In this document: positions 63,422 through 64,000 of the stretch, piece by piece | Position numbering within the stretch: the stretch's first letter is position 1 | How the letters are laid out: the number at the start of each line of letters is the position of its first letter | Source of the DNA: Mobula birostris | Lineage: Eukaryota | Assembly (NCBI RefSeq): GCF_030028105.1 | Contig: NC_092379.1 | Coordinates: 26,715,821-26,779,820 of the forward strand | Direction: 5' to 3' | Length of the DNA: 64,000 nucleotides | Notes under the pieces: generated by a model | Told to the model about the DNA's origin: nothing | The model's database searches: none | The model's input: the letters and a program-made list of their open reading frames with translations, nothing else | Made by a program: the position numbers and the translations under genes

Positions 63422-63660
63422 GCGTTGCGTATGTTGCTTTATTTTCCATTTTACACTGATCGCATTGAAGTCTGTGAGCTATCGACCTGATTCAATTGCC
63501 TCTCACTCCACACTTGGGCCATATCTGAACCTGCTAACAGGGTGACCTCGACGTTTTGTCGAATCTTTCGCTGCTTCAGAATACATGATCGACGTGCGCA
63601 TTCGCAGTCAGTGTCTTCTGGTTCACTCTATTCCTGGGCCCCTTCTTTCATGATGGATAC
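63422..63660 (-). pseudogene. V relic e (copy 3)
   Basis: Same exon as 2345-2146; ATCAGTG + 23 nt + ACGCAACGC. Confidence 0.5.
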
Positions 63661-63831
63661 CTGCAATGATAATTAAAACAGACAACAACTAACTGTTAAA
63701 CACATTACATTCAGGAAAAAAAACAGAAAACATTCAGCTTGTCGGCATGTAATGTTTGATGCAAGAGTGTAAATTGAAGGTGTAAAAAATCATTAATATG
63801 TGAGAAAAGTGATGTAGGGATATTATGTGAA

Positions 63832-63862
<31 letters not shown>

Positions 63863-64000
63863 CCTCCCTCCCTCTCTCACTCTACTCTCTCATCCTCTCA
63901 CTCGTCCATTTAACGCCAAACCTTTCTTTTTTTTTGTTCCCATCGTAAAGTTCATTTGTCGCATTGCAACGAAAATGTGTAGAATAAAAAAAAAAACAAA

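Larger units (their letters stand above)
53594..64000 (+). repeat. ~14.4-kb tandem duplication unit, copy 2 (B2+A3, runs off window)
   Basis: Colinear with 39233 onward; abrupt junction at 53593/53594. Confidence 0.95.

Overview
Eukaryotic, vertebrate DNA. It is best read as part of the V-segment array of a T-cell receptor alpha/delta locus in a cartilaginous fish, probably a ray or skate; the taxon is inferred from the repeat families and V-gene style. One V gene has an intact leader, V exon and 23-RSS (41529-42409, +). Its tandem duplicate is a pseudogene (55923-56802). A third V is disabled by one CGA>TGA codon (33809-34293). A C23Y V pseudogene occurs twice on the minus strand (3256-3687, 50734-51166). 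Many more decayed V relics are tightly packed in the duplicated blocks, one with IgH-V-like motifs. Architecture: A1(1-6165) - X(33 kb, TE-rich, with an N gap) - B1(39233-46957) - A2(46958-53593) | B2(53594-61330) - A3(61331-end), i.e. a ~14.4-kb tandem duplication on top of a ~47-kb one. X holds a chromodomain Gypsy interrupted by a CR1 LINE, a Gmr1-type Gypsy (INT before RT) with a second one nested in its integrase (TCAT target-site duplication), and Tc1, Rex/Babar, CR1 and SINE fragments. No convincing D, functional J or C segment, RNA gene or CRISPR was found. All alignments and counts were made by eye.
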